This document shows positions 29,455-39,364 of a stretch of DNA of 64,000 bases, piece after piece. The stretch is from an uncultured Thermoleophilia bacterium. Lineage in GTDB: Bacteria > Actinomycetota > Thermoleophilia > UBA2241. The stretch covers positions 480,001 to 544,000 of the forward strand of contig CAVQSP010000011.1 of assembly GCA_963715985.1 (NCBI GenBank). Reading direction: 5' to 3'. A program made the position numbers and the translations under genes. Under the pieces are notes generated by a model. The model had not been told where the DNA came from and did no database searches. It was given only the letters and a program-made list of their open reading frames with translations. Positions within the stretch are counted from its first letter, which is position 1. The number at the start of each line of letters is the position of its first letter.

Positions 29455-30435
29455 TCAGCTGTAGCGGTCCACGACCATGGCGGCGACCTGCTCGAGCAGG
29501 TCGCGCTCCACAGGGCCTGGGCACGCGTTCAGTACTTCACGGGCCTGTTCAATGTACCCCAAAGCAACGGTCCGGGCACGCTGCAAGGCGCTGGTGCGCG
29601 CGACCGCCTCGAGCACTACGGCCACGTCGGCGGCGCCGAGGTCGCGACGCGCCAGCAGCGCGGCCAGTTCGGGGCGCTCCTCCAAGGCGAAGATGAGCGG
29701 CAGCGTCACGGTGCCGTCCCGCACGTCGGTGCCCGGACGCTTGCCGGTGGAGAGCTCGTCGCCGCTGCAGTCGAGGATGTCGTCGAATACCTGGAAGGCC
29801 AGGCCGATGAGGCGGCCGTACTCGGCAAGGGCAGGAGCGTTGTCCGTGGCCCCGCCCAGCAGGGCGCCGAGCCGGCAGGCGGCGGCGAAGAGGTCCGCCG
29901 TCTTGCGCTCGCAGCGGCGCTCGTACTCCAGTACGGTCACCGTGCTGCGGTGGGAGTCGTCGCGCTGCAGCACCTCGCCCTCGGAGAGGCCCACGGCGGC
30001 GGCGCTGAGCGTGTCCACCGCCGCCGCGTCGCCGCTGCCCACGAGCTCCCTGAACGCCCTCGCCAGCAGGAAGTTGCCGGCGGAGACGGCGGTGTCCACA
30101 CCGTAGGCGTACGCGACAGTGGGGCGGCCGCGCCGCAGCTCGGCGCGGTCGAGCACATCGTCGTGTACCAGCGTGGCCATGTGCAGGAGCTCGACGGCGG
30201 TGGCGCCACGCACGACTGGCTCCCCCAGCTTGGCGTCACGCCGCGCGCAGAGCAGAGTGAGCAGCGGCCGCACGCGTTTGCCCCCCGCGGCCAGCGTGGC
30301 CCGGCAGGCCTCGCCGAGCTCGCCGGGCGGATCCGTGGCGACAGCCGAGAGGCGCCCCTCGACCTGGCGCATGCCTCGCGCGTACCGCGCCTTCTGGCGA
30401 GCGGAGGCCCACTCCAGCGCCGGCCCGGTACTCAC
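29455..30435 (-). CDS. polyprenyl diphosphate synthase (catalytic subunit)
   Basis: GGKRVRP, ELLHMATLVHDDVLD...RRG, KTA, FQVFDDILD. Confidence 0.93.
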   Translation of the reverse strand: MSTGPALEWASARQKARYARGMRQVEGRLSAVATDPPGELGEACRATLAAGGKRVRPLLTLLCARRDAKLGEPVVRGATAVELLHMATLVHDDVLDRAELRRGRPTVAYAYGVDTAVSAGNFLLARAFRELVGSGDAAAVDTLSAAAVGLSEGEVLQRDDSHRSTVTVLEYERRCERKTADLFAAACRLGALLGGATDNAPALAEYGRLIGLAFQVFDDILDCSGDELSTGKRPGTDVRDGTVTLPLIFALEERPELAALLARRDLGAADVAVVLEAVARTSALQRARTVALGYIEQAREVLNACPGPVERDLLEQVAAMVVDRYS

Positions 30436-31223
30436 GCCGCACCGCTTCCGGCAGGCCCTCCGGGCACTTCACCGACGTGCAGCGCCACGGCGCCGAACCC
30501 CAGCCGCCGGTAGCGGATGCGCGTCAGGCCTGCTTCACTCATGACGGCCGCCAGCTCGTCAACACGCGGAAACGCCTCGACCGAGGCGGGCAGATACGCG
30601 TAGGCGGACGGGTCTCCGCTCACCACGCGGCCCAGGCGCGGCACCACGCGGCCCATCCACAGATCCTGGAGCGCGCGCTCCGCACCCGGGGGAGCCACGG
30701 TCGACTCCAGACACACCACGCGGCCGCCGGGCCGCGTGACGCGCGCCATCTCGGCGAAGGCGCGGGGGACGTCCGGCACGTTGCGCACGCCCCACCCGAC
30801 GGTGACCGCGGAGAACTCACCGTCGGAGAACGGGAGCGCGAGCACGTCGCCGTGCACGAAGGAGACGCGGGCGCCCGCCCCGGCGTGCCGCGGTGCAGCG
30901 GCCTTGCGACGCGCCACCTCGAGCATGGCCTCCGTGAAGTCGAGGCCGACCACGGTGGCGCGCGGCCACAGCTCCGCAAGCTCCAGGGTGAGGTCGCCGG
31001 TGCCGCAGCAGGCGTCAAGGGCCCGACCCCCATCGCCCACGAGTGCCTCCAGGCCGGCGAGGCGGCGCCAGCCGCCGTCCATGCCCAGCGTCATCAGCCG
31101 GTTCATGAGGTCGTAGCGTGCGGCGATGCCCGCGAACATCGCGGAGATGCGTCCCGGCTCGCGATCGACGGGCAGCGACCGCCCGCCGCCGGGCGGGCCG
31201 GCGTGGGCGCCAGAGGTGATCAG
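30432..31223 (-). CDS. menG: demethylmenaquinone methyltransferase (UbiE/MenG); start uncertain
   Basis: MFAGIAARYDLMNRLMTLG, LDACCGTGD, GVRNV, AYAYLPASV. Confidence 0.92.
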   Translation of the reverse strand: MITSGAHAGPPGGGRSLPVDREPGRISAMFAGIAARYDLMNRLMTLGMDGGWRRLAGLEALVGDGGRALDACCGTGDLTLELAELWPRATVVGLDFTEAMLEVARRKAAAPRHAGAGARVSFVHGDVLALPFSDGEFSAVTVGWGVRNVPDVPRAFAEMARVTRPGGRVVCLESTVAPPGAERALQDLWMGRVVPRLGRVVSGDPSAYAYLPASVEAFPRVDELAAVMSEAGLTRIRYRRLGFGAVALHVGEVPGGPAGSGAA

Positions 31224-31836
31224 CCCCGGCCCCCGTCCCACGGCGGGAAGAGCGTCTGCTCGAAGCCCAGAGACGTGAGCACCTTGCCCACCACGTGGTC
31301 CACGGCATCCTGGAGGGTCTGCGGGCGCGAGTAGAAGCCGGGCATGGCCGGCAGCACCACGGCGCCCGCCTCGGCGAGCTCGAGGAGACGCCGCAGGTGG
31401 ATCTGCGTGAGCGGCGTCTCCCGGGGGACGACCACCAGCGGGCGCCGCTCCTTGAGCGCCACGTCGGCGGCGCGATGGATGAGCGTGCGCGTCGTCCCCA
31501 GGGCGATGTGCGCCACGGTGGCGACCGAGCAGGGACACACGACGACGGCGTCGGGAGAGCTGCTGCCACTCGACGCCGGCGCCGCGAGGTCGTCCGGCGC
31601 GTACACCCGCGCCTGCGCGCCCGCGCGCTCGAGGAACGCCGCGATGACGCCGTCCCGACCGTCTGCCTCCAGCTCCAGCTCGTGCTGGAGCACGAGCACG
31701 CCGTTGTCGGAGACGCACAGCTGCAGGCTGCAGCCGGCGGCGGCCAGCGCCTGAGCGAGCCGAAGGCATAGGGGGCGCCGCTGGCGCCGCTCACCCCCAG
31801 GAAGACGCTAGAGGGAGGTGTCGAGGTAATGGGCAG
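31220..31836 (-). CDS. ubiX: flavin prenyltransferase UbiX/MqnM (indel near 31765; start uncertain)
   Basis: VFLGVSGASGAPYA in one frame, then APASSGS, PCS, RAADVALKERR, PRETP, PGFY. Confidence 0.9.
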
Positions 31837-31845
31837 CCTCGGGCG

Positions 31846-33069
31846 TCACTGCGACAGTGGGGCCGGGTTGATGACGTCGCCGGTCACATGGCACTGGCCA
31901 CCATAGCACCCGTGCGGCCCGGTGCCGCCGTTGCCGTGGCACTTCATGCACACGCTGCCGCTGTTGTACACGTGGTTCGGGTGGTCGTTGATGAAGGCGC
32001 TGCCGTGCGGGAGCTCCACGCCGTGGCAGTTCACGCAGAACGAGCTGCTGTGGCACTTGGTGCACGTGCTCGGCGACGACAAAGCCGTGCTCGGGTGCGT
32101 GGAGAGCCAGCCGGACGGATGCGGCATCTGCAGGCCGTGGCAGCTGATACAGGCGTTCTTGCCGTGGCACTTCACGCAGACCCTGGGGTCCTTCTCGCCG
32201 ACCGTGCTGTGGCGGCTCACCCAGTCGCTCGGGTGCGGTATCTGGACGCCGTGGCAGTCGATGCAGAACCTGGGGTCCTTCTTGAGGTGGCACGACACGC
32301 AGATGCCCTTGCCGCGGTCGTTGACGATGGGGCCGTGCTGCTTGAGCCAGCCCGCCGGATGCGGCATGTCGAGGCCGTGGTGGCACTCGGCGCAGATGAC
32401 CTGGCCACGGTGGCACCCGGCGCACTCTTCCGGGGTCACGCGACCTTCGATGGGTACGTTGATCTCCTCCGGAGGCGCCCCGCCCACGTGGCAGACGCTG
32501 CAGTCGTCCGGCAGCCGCACGCCGTCGTGGCAGCGCGCGCAGATGGGCATCTTGTTCTGCGACACGCGCGCCGCCTGGATCTGCGTGCCTGGGTGGCTGA
32601 TGTTGGCGTGGCAGGTGACGCACTGGTACCCGGCCTCACGCAGCCCGGTGTGGTTGACGCGGATGTTGTTGAAGACCTGGTCCCGCTCGAGCTGCGACTT
32701 GGGATGGCACTGCACGCAGTTGTTGGTGCCCACCATGGTGGTGAGGGGGCGCTCGTACGTGTTGGACACGTAAAGGATGAGGTTGGTGACGCCCTGCAGG
32801 TTGCGGATGAGGTAGTTGAAGACGCCCGGCTTGGTGTGGCACTTCTGGCAGCCCACGCCGGCGCGGTAGTGCGCCGACTGCTTGTACGTCTCGACCTCAG
32901 GCTTGATCAGATGGCAGGTCTCGCACGTGGAGACGTTGTTCAGGGCGGAGAAGCCCACGATCGCGACGACGAGGACCGCGCCGAGGGCGAGAAGGACGCC
33001 GACCAGCCAGGGCCTCGGCACTCTGCCCTCGAGCAGGATCCGGCTCTTGGGGATGCGGTCCCTGAACAT
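31846..33069 (-). CDS. membrane-anchored NapC/NrfH-like multiheme cytochrome c (15 CxxCH + CX4CH)
   Basis: N-terminal TM, CETCH...SAH...CQKCH NapC-type head, repeated HPxxWxxxH-CxxCH-CxxCH modules. Confidence 0.9.
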   Translation of the reverse strand: MFRDRIPKSRILLEGRVPRPWLVGVLLALGAVLVVAIVGFSALNNVSTCETCHLIKPEVETYKQSAHYRAGVGCQKCHTKPGVFNYLIRNLQGVTNLILYVSNTYERPLTTMVGTNNCVQCHPKSQLERDQVFNNIRVNHTGLREAGYQCVTCHANISHPGTQIQAARVSQNKMPICARCHDGVRLPDDCSVCHVGGAPPEEINVPIEGRVTPEECAGCHRGQVICAECHHGLDMPHPAGWLKQHGPIVNDRGKGICVSCHLKKDPRFCIDCHGVQIPHPSDWVSRHSTVGEKDPRVCVKCHGKNACISCHGLQMPHPSGWLSTHPSTALSSPSTCTKCHSSSFCVNCHGVELPHGSAFINDHPNHVYNSGSVCMKCHGNGGTGPHGCYGGQCHVTGDVINPAPLSQ

Positions 33070-33072
33070 GGC

Positions 33073-34114
33073 TCAGCCGCTCCCCGGGACGATGGTCTTG
33101 GTGGGCGTCGGACGCGGCGCCGGTGTGTACTGGATGCCCTTGAAGAGGCTGTGAGCGCGCGGGTCGCCGGACGCGTGCTGCTCGTGACACGCCTGGCAGT
33201 TGTCCAGCACGTGGCAGTTGAAGCAGGTCGGAGCGCCCGCCTCGGCCACGGAGGCCGGGTGCTTGGCGACGAACGTCGTCCGGGTGCGGCATCTGCACCT
33301 GGTGGCAGGTCTTGCAGTACTTCTTGACGTCGTGGCACTGGGCGCACGAGTCGCGACCCTTGACCTCGGCGGTCTTGCCGTGCGCGTAGAGCCAGGCGTC
33401 GTTGTGGGGCATCTCGATGCCGCTGTGGCACTTGCTGCAGGCATCCTTCTTGATGTGGCAGGCGCTGCAGGTGGAGAGCACGCCGATGGCGCCGTGTCGC
33501 GTGCCCCAGTCGGGCTCGCTGTGCGATACAGGCTTGGCGCCGTACCCACGCTCGGCGTGGCAGAGGTCGCAACGTGACGTGGCCACCGTACCGTCCGGGG
33601 CCGTGTACTGGTTGTTGTGGCAGATGAGGCACTGCTCCATGACCGGGTACGTGCGCGAACCCTCGGGCACGGCGTCACCGTGGGCGGTGGTGGAGTGGCA
33701 GCGCTGGCAGAGGAAGCCGGCCTCGATGAGGTGCTCGTGGTTGACGCGAATGCCGCCTGCGCTGATGGTCTTGAACAGCGTGTCGTTGGTGTGGCAGCGC
33801 CGGCACGACTGGTTGAGCACATAGCCGAGGATAGGCTCCTCGTAGTCGCCCGTGATCTGCGCCAGAGGCTGCTGAAGTGCCTCGAGCTTGGAGGTGAGGA
33901 AGAACAGCGGCCCCGGCTTGGTGTGGCACTGCTCGCAGTTCACGTCGCCGTGCGCGGACTTGTCCCATTCTGTCACGTAGGGCACATGGCTCTTGCACGA
34001 GGAGCAGAAGCGGGCCGTGGAGGTGGCGGCCAGCATGACGCCGATGACCACCACCAGGACGGTGAGGCCGATGGCCCCGATCGTGAGGCCGCGGACGGTG
34101 AGCCGGAACTTCAC
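33073..34114 (-). CDS. membrane-anchored NapC/NrfH-like multiheme cytochrome c (11 CxxCH + CSSCK); indel near 33280
   Basis: TM, FCSSCKSH...WDKSAH..VNCEQCH; C-terminal CFNCH and CQACH lie in ORF 33073..33822. Confidence 0.88.
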
Positions 34115-34117
34115 GTG

Positions 34118-35143
34118 CTAGCGGATCCGGTGCAGGTACGGGTTGGCCGAGTGGACAAGGCTGGCGTGGCAGGTGGAGCAGGCGTAGTTGTCCGTGTGCC
34201 AACGCGCGCCCGGGTGGCAGCTCAGGCAGATCGACGACCGAGGCGCGGGGATGTTGTTGAGGTGGTACTTGTTCTTGTGGCAGGAGCTGCACGTCTTGAT
34301 ACCCGAGCCGCGCCTGGAGGCGTGCAGCTGCTTGGAGTGGCAGCCCGACTGGTTGCAGGTCTGCCGCTTCGTGACCGTGGTGGAGTGCTGCGCGACCGCG
34401 GAGGCGCCGGTGCCGGTGCCCTTGTGACACGTCGCGCACTTCTTCTGCGGGACAGCCCTGCCGGCGTGCCGCTTGGCGTGACACGTCCTGCACTGCGTGT
34501 AGCCGGGGCTCGTGGCCTGGTAGGTGTGGAACGCGTTGGCGTCGGCGTGGCAGGAGAGGCACGCGACCTTGCCGACGTGCTGCTTCTGCTGCTTGTGGCA
34601 GCGCGAGCACGGCGTCATGCCCACGGTGCCGCCGTTGTGATGCGGGCTGGCGCCCGGCTCCGTGACGCTGTCGCTCGGGGAGTGGCAGCCCAGACACTGG
34701 GGCAGCGACCCGAGGTGGGGGTTGTCGCCGTGCTCGAAGGGAGTCTCGTAGAGCGGGCCCCTGCTCTGCAGGTGACACTCTGCAGCGCAATCGGCGCTGG
34801 TGCTGGAGAGGTCGGACGTGTCCTGGCCGGGGTAGTGGCAGGTCCAGCAGGTCCGGCCCTCGAGGCTGACGAACCCGGTGTGGCACTGGACGCAGCTGGC
34901 ATCGGTGGGCTTGCCCTGAAGGTGGCAGGAGCAGCCGGTGGTGCCGTCGTGCTCCCACTGGTCGAAGGCCAGCGCAGGCCCGGAGAGGCTCGCGGCACCG
35001 AGGAGGAAGAACGCGCAGGCAAGAGCAGAAGTCATCACGGCGACGGTCGCCCACCGGCGCACACCTCTCACCCCGACTCCTCTCCCCTGACCCGTGCCCG
35101 CACCTGCGGCTCGGTCACCTGCCGGACTTCCCTCCACAGCCAT
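34118..35143 (-). CDS. secreted multiheme cytochrome c (10 CxxCH + CxCH, CX3CH, CX4CH); true start probably downstream of 35143
   Basis: Signal peptide ending GPALA-F; heme motifs counted in the translation. Confidence 0.88.
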   Translation of the reverse strand: MAVEGSPAGDRAAGAGTGQGRGVGVRGVRRWATVAVMTSALACAFFLLGAASLSGPALAFDQWEHDGTTGCSCHLQGKPTDASCVQCHTGFVSLEGRTCWTCHYPGQDTSDLSSTSADCAAECHLQSRGPLYETPFEHGDNPHLGSLPQCLGCHSPSDSVTEPGASPHHNGGTVGMTPCSRCHKQQKQHVGKVACLSCHADANAFHTYQATSPGYTQCRTCHAKRHAGRAVPQKKCATCHKGTGTGASAVAQHSTTVTKRQTCNQSGCHSKQLHASRRGSGIKTCSSCHKNKYHLNNIPAPRSSICLSCHPGARWHTDNYACSTCHASLVHSANPYLHRIR

Positions 35144-35217
35144 CGGCCTCGGGCGGGCGCGCCCCTCCGCTACGCCCGCTCGTGGCGGCTCACCACGACG
35201 GGTGAACTGTTCCCGCG

Positions 35218-35248
35218 AGTCTACCAGTCCTTGTGAAGCTCTTCACCC
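35218..35248 (-). promoter_or_regulatory. Rex operator next to an extended -10 promoter
   Basis: TTGTGAA-GCTC-TTCACCC (35231-35248) versus consensus TTGTGAA-N4-TTCACAA; TGGTAGACT on minus at 35218-35226. Confidence 0.75.
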
Positions 35249-36173
35249 TCAGAACCCCACGATCCAGTTGTACGCCACCCACACGACGAAGATGCAGAAC
35301 ACCGCCCACAAGAAGAGGGCCAGACCGGTGATGATCCACCACACGACGTTCTGCACCTTCATGCGCCGCTCGCTGACGGGAGCAACGAGCACCTCGTCCA
35401 GCGTGCCCTCGCTCACCCGGCGCACGTACTCGAGCGGACGCTCCCGGGCGTACTCCTCGAGCGGCATGCCGCCGGCGTACATGGCCTTGTCCATCGGGAA
35501 GGCCTCCGGCCGCAGGTGGGCGTGAAAGAAGTGCCAGAACACGACCACGAAGCCCATCGCCAGCAGCGCCCCGCCGGAGTGGTTGACGAGCGCGAAGTTG
35601 ATCACGATCCCCGGCAGGTAGCGGGCCGCGACCTCGGGATACCAGAGGATGGCCCCCGTGACGCACATGATCGTGACGCCGGCGGAGGCCGCCCAGAACT
35701 CGCCCTTCTCGTAGTAGGCATAGCGGTCGAGCTTGAGCAGCGGGCGCTGACCGCGGCCGACGAACCAGCTGATCATGGCCCTGAGGTCGCGGTAGTCCTG
35801 CCAGGTCGGCACCATGGTGCCCGGACCCCAGAAGCGCCCCTTCGTCTGGATGAGGATCTTGGCGAAGAAGCCCAGCATGCAGATCACGCACGTGACCATG
35901 ATGATGGCCGCGAAGCGGTGGATCATGCCGGCGCTCTCCACACCGCCGATGAACCCCATCCACGTCTGCGCCCAGGCCTTGTCGCTGTACTTCAGCGGCA
36001 TGCCGGTGAGGACGAGGATGGAGAAGCTGACCATGATGAAGAAGTGGACCCATCGCTGGAAGGGAGTGAACCGGCGGAAGTGGGTGCGCCCGGCGACGAA
36101 CGCGTGCGGTGGCCCTCAGTGCGGGTCGATGGGTGACGCCCTCGGTATCGATACCGCTGTCGACGCTAGCCAC
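35249..36173 (-). CDS. cytochrome b (FdnI/HydC-like di-heme) membrane subunit, CbcL C-terminal-like (indel near 36115)
   Basis: RRFTPFQRWVH, LTGMPLKY, IHRFAA, DRYAYYEK, NHSGGALLA, WHFFHAHLRPEAFP; paralogous to C-terminus of 39365..41152. Confidence 0.85.
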
Positions 36174-37031
36174 GGTGGTAGAGTCCCTCCTTCAGTCCGC
36201 GGTAGAAGTACAGGAAGCAGTGCAGCCCGCCGAGCGTGAAGAGCACGGCGATGAGGACCGCGTGGTTCATCTCCATCAGCCACACCCACAAGCGACGAAC
36301 TTGGGCGTGCTGCGGTCGACGTGGACCATGAAGCTGGAGAACTTGGTGTTGGCGTTGTCGTGGCACTTGCCGCACGTGGCGACGATGTTCTGGGGGTTCA
36401 CGGAGCTGTCGGGGTCCGACTTGGGCAGGATCTTGTGGTAGCCGTGGCAGTCGGTGCAGACGGCCCGGGAGTCGTTGCCCAGGGCGACCGACTTGCCGTG
36501 GTACGTGTCCTCGTAGGTCGCCGACTTCTCGCCGTGACACTTGCCGCACACGTCGGGGATCGACTCCCGGAACTCGGCCGAGGTGGGGTCCATGATGCCG
36601 TGCGAACCGTGGCAGTCAGCGCAGGCCGGCGCCTTGGTGGAGCCCTCGTTCAGCACGAGATCGCCGTGGAAGGACTGGTCGTACATCTCGAACTCGCCGG
36701 CGTGGCAATCGCTGCAGGCCGTGAGCTTGGCCTGCTCGTACCAGCCCGCGGTCTCCTCGGGCGTGTGGTCGCGAGCCTCGAAGCCGGCGTGACACGCCGT
36801 GCAATCGAGCCGCGAGTGCATGGAACTGTGCCACGTGTCCTCTGAGATCGTGAGGCTCTTCTTCACGCCGTTGACGTCGACGGTGCCGAGGTCGGGCTTG
36901 GCGTGACACTCCAGACAGCGGTCGCTGCCGCCCTGGGGGATGGTGAACGTGACGGCGCCGGCCGGCACTGCGGCGGCGGCCGGCAGCAGGCAGGCCGCCG
37001 CGAAGACGAACACTGCGGTGCGCAGCCTCAT
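36166..37031 (-). CDS. heptaheme cytochrome c with signal peptide and C-terminal TM, CbcL N-terminal-like (indel near 36290)
   Basis: 7 CxxCH; YEDTYHGK, SSVNPQNIVATCGKCH; paralog of N-terminus of 39365..41152. Confidence 0.85.
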
Positions 37032-37990
37032 TGTGTGGTGACCCCCTCCGTGCTGTGGCACTCGACACACATCTGGCGCGGATGGCACACCATGCACGAC
37101 GCGGTGCCCTTGGCCGCCACCGGCGCGTGCGACGTGGCCCAGTCGGCCGGATGATCCACTGTGTGGCACTGGTTGCAGAGCTGCTTCTCGGTATGGCAAC
37201 CCAGGCAGCGGGCGCGGTCCTTCTGCGCCTCCTTGCCGTGCGCGTACGGCCAGTTGCCCGAGTAGTGGCCGGGCGTCGGCTTGGCGTGGCAGGCGTCGCA
37301 GAAGGCCTGCTTGTTGTGGTGACACCGCAGGCAGTCCTGCTCGTTGGCGAGGGCCAGCTTGCCGTGCTCCTCGATGAAGCTGGTGGGGTGTGACGTGCCG
37401 GTGTCGGGCGGCGTGTAGTGGCAGAAGCCGCACTGGGCGGGGTCACTGGTCTGCTCGTGACACATGGTGCAGGGGGCCATGCTGACGGCGTCGCTCTGCC
37501 CGGGGGCGGCGTGCGCCGTGTGGTCGTGGCAGTCGATGCACTCGAGGTTGTTCTGGTTGATGTGCTTGGCGTGCGGCATGCGGATCTTGCCCGGGATGCC
37601 CATGAGCCCCTTGAGCGGGTGGCACTTGATGCAGTTCTCCGTGGCCGGGAGCGGCTGCCGGTCACCCGTCGGCTGCATGTTGAGATAGACGGCCCAGATG
37701 TTGCGGGCCTCCTTGGAGCGCCACTTGAAGGCGGCGAGGGCGCCCGTGGGCACGTGGCACTTGGCACACGGCACGGATGAGTGGGCGCCGCGCTTCCAGC
37801 TGGCGTAGGCCTGCTTCATGGAGTGACAGCTGCCGCAGTACGAGGCGGAAGACGTGGCCGCGACGGGGATGACGAGGATCGCGGCCACGACGGCGGCGAC
37901 GATCAGGATGCCGATGACGATGAGCCAGCGCGACCTGCGACGGGGTCCCATGCCGGCCTGCGCCGGCTCCTGGGCGTTGCTGTCGCTCAC
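37028..37990 (-). CDS. membrane-anchored NapC/NrfH-like dodecaheme cytochrome c
   Basis: TM, YCGSCHSM...WKRGAHSSVPCAKCH; 12 CxxCH. Confidence 0.9.
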   Translation of the reverse strand: MSDSNAQEPAQAGMGPRRRSRWLIVIGILIVAAVVAAILVIPVAATSSASYCGSCHSMKQAYASWKRGAHSSVPCAKCHVPTGALAAFKWRSKEARNIWAVYLNMQPTGDRQPLPATENCIKCHPLKGLMGIPGKIRMPHAKHINQNNLECIDCHDHTAHAAPGQSDAVSMAPCTMCHEQTSDPAQCGFCHYTPPDTGTSHPTSFIEEHGKLALANEQDCLRCHHNKQAFCDACHAKPTPGHYSGNWPYAHGKEAQKDRARCLGCHTEKQLCNQCHTVDHPADWATSHAPVAAKGTASCMVCHPRQMCVECHSTEGVTTQ

Positions 37991-38076
37991 CTATGCGTCC
38001 CCCTACGATTCCACAGCTCGGTGACTGGGCGTCGTCGCGGCCGCGGGAGCGGATGCTCGACGCCGAAGTGCGCGCA

Positions 38077-38085
38077 ATTGTACCA
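38077..38085 (-). promoter_or_regulatory. extended -10 promoter of cytochrome module 2
   Basis: TGGTACAAT about 90 nt upstream of 37990. Confidence 0.6.
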
Positions 38086-38126
38086 CATGGGGTATATGGC
38101 CGACGCCCTCCGCAGGCTCGCGCCGG

Positions 38127-39005
38127 TCACGGCGCCGGCAACGTGATCGTCGCCACCACGACTACGGCGCCGTACAGAAGGCCCACGGCGCCGTTCACGG
38201 TCATGAAGCTCATGCCGACGTGCTCCAGGCCGCGCCGCGCGATGTCGAGGTGAGGCCAGGCGAGCAACGCCGCCACGGCGACCATGCCGATCCAGTAGAC
38301 CGGCCCGAGACCACAGAGCGCGCCGACCGCCACGAGCAGGGCCACCGTGGCGACATGTGACGCGGCCGCGACCAGGAGCGCCCCGCGGGGGCCGACCGCC
38401 ACGGGCACCGAGTGCAGGCCTTCGCGGCGGTCCACGTCGAGGTCGAAGATCGCGTAGATCACGTCGAACCCGCCCACCCACAGGCCCACCGCGAAGAAGA
38501 GCAGCCACGGTACGGCCCCCAGGCGCCCGCTCACCCCGAGCCAGGCGGCCGCCGGAGCCAGGCCGAGCGTGAGACCGAGCGCGTAATGGCAGAACCACGT
38601 GAAGCGCTTGGCGTACGGGTAGAGCACGAAGGCGGCCAGGGGGATGGGCCAGAGGTACCGGCACGGCTCCGAGAGCTGGAAGGCCGCCACCACGAGCAGG
38701 CCCACGGAGACGATGGTGAAGAGCCAGACCTCGCGCCGACCCAGACGGCCGGCGGGCAGTTCGCGGGCGGCGGTGCGCGGGTTGCGCGCGTCCAGCTCGG
38801 CGTCGATGAGCCGGTTGAGGGCCATGGCGGCGCTCCTGGCGCCGACCATGGCCACGGTGATCCAGAGGAGCTGCTCCCACGTGGGCCATCCGCGCGCGGC
38901 CAGGAAGGCGCCCGCGTAGGCGAAGGGCAGCGCGTAGACGCTGTGCTCGATCTTGACCAGCCGGGCGAAGAGCGCCGGTTTGGAGGCCGAGACGCTCCCG
39001 GGCAC
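38127..39005 (-). CDS. mqnP: UbiA-like menaquinone prenyltransferase (MqnP)
   Basis: VKIEHSVYALPF, ARSAAMALNRLIDAELDARNPRT, WVGGFDVIYA. Confidence 0.9.
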   Translation of the reverse strand: MPGSVSASKPALFARLVKIEHSVYALPFAYAGAFLAARGWPTWEQLLWITVAMVGARSAAMALNRLIDAELDARNPRTAARELPAGRLGRREVWLFTIVSVGLLVVAAFQLSEPCRYLWPIPLAAFVLYPYAKRFTWFCHYALGLTLGLAPAAAWLGVSGRLGAVPWLLFFAVGLWVGGFDVIYAIFDLDVDRREGLHSVPVAVGPRGALLVAAASHVATVALLVAVGALCGLGPVYWIGMVAVAALLAWPHLDIARRGLEHVGMSFMTVNGAVGLLYGAVVVVATITLPAP

Positions 39006-39022
39006 GACCCGCCGGGTCCCGC

Positions 39023-39361
39023 TCAGCTCGCGACGCCCGCCGGGACGTCGCCCGCCGGGACGTCGCCCTGCTCATCGCCGTCGCCGGAGGCGTCCGGCGG
39101 GAGTGGTGTGGGCCGGTGCCCGAACTTCTCCAGCAGGTAGGTGAGCAGCGCCACCGCGACGGCGAACAGACCGATCACGAACAGGACCGTGTAGACGATG
39201 ATGCTCGCCGGTGACGTGATGCCGAGGTAGGCGCTGATCGTCCACGCGACGATGGCGACTCCCCAGTTGGCAAGAGACAGGCGCAGGAGAAAGCGCCGCA
39301 CGCGCGCGTCGCGCGCGGCGAGCTCTTCGTGTGTCTCATCTGTGATGGGCACAGTACTCAT
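39023..39361 (-). CDS. small 2-TM membrane protein
   Basis: Two hydrophobic segments and an acidic tail; 3 nt downstream of the CbcL-like gene. Confidence 0.7.
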   Translation of the reverse strand: MSTVPITDETHEELAARDARVRRFLLRLSLANWGVAIVAWTISAYLGITSPASIIVYTVLFVIGLFAVAVALLTYLLEKFGHRPTPLPPDASGDGDEQGDVPAGDVPAGVAS

Positions 39362-39364
39362 GGC

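Noticed and set aside
36116-36121. In-frame TGA before the cytochrome b domain as possible selenocysteine or readthrough
   Set aside because: It lies in a non-conserved linker, not at a Cys position, and no SECIS is evident. A nearby indel linking to GTG 36173 explains it.
39033-39068. 15-bp tandem repeat in the small membrane protein gene
   Set aside because: It encodes GDVPA twice in a low-complexity tail; nothing suggests a function.
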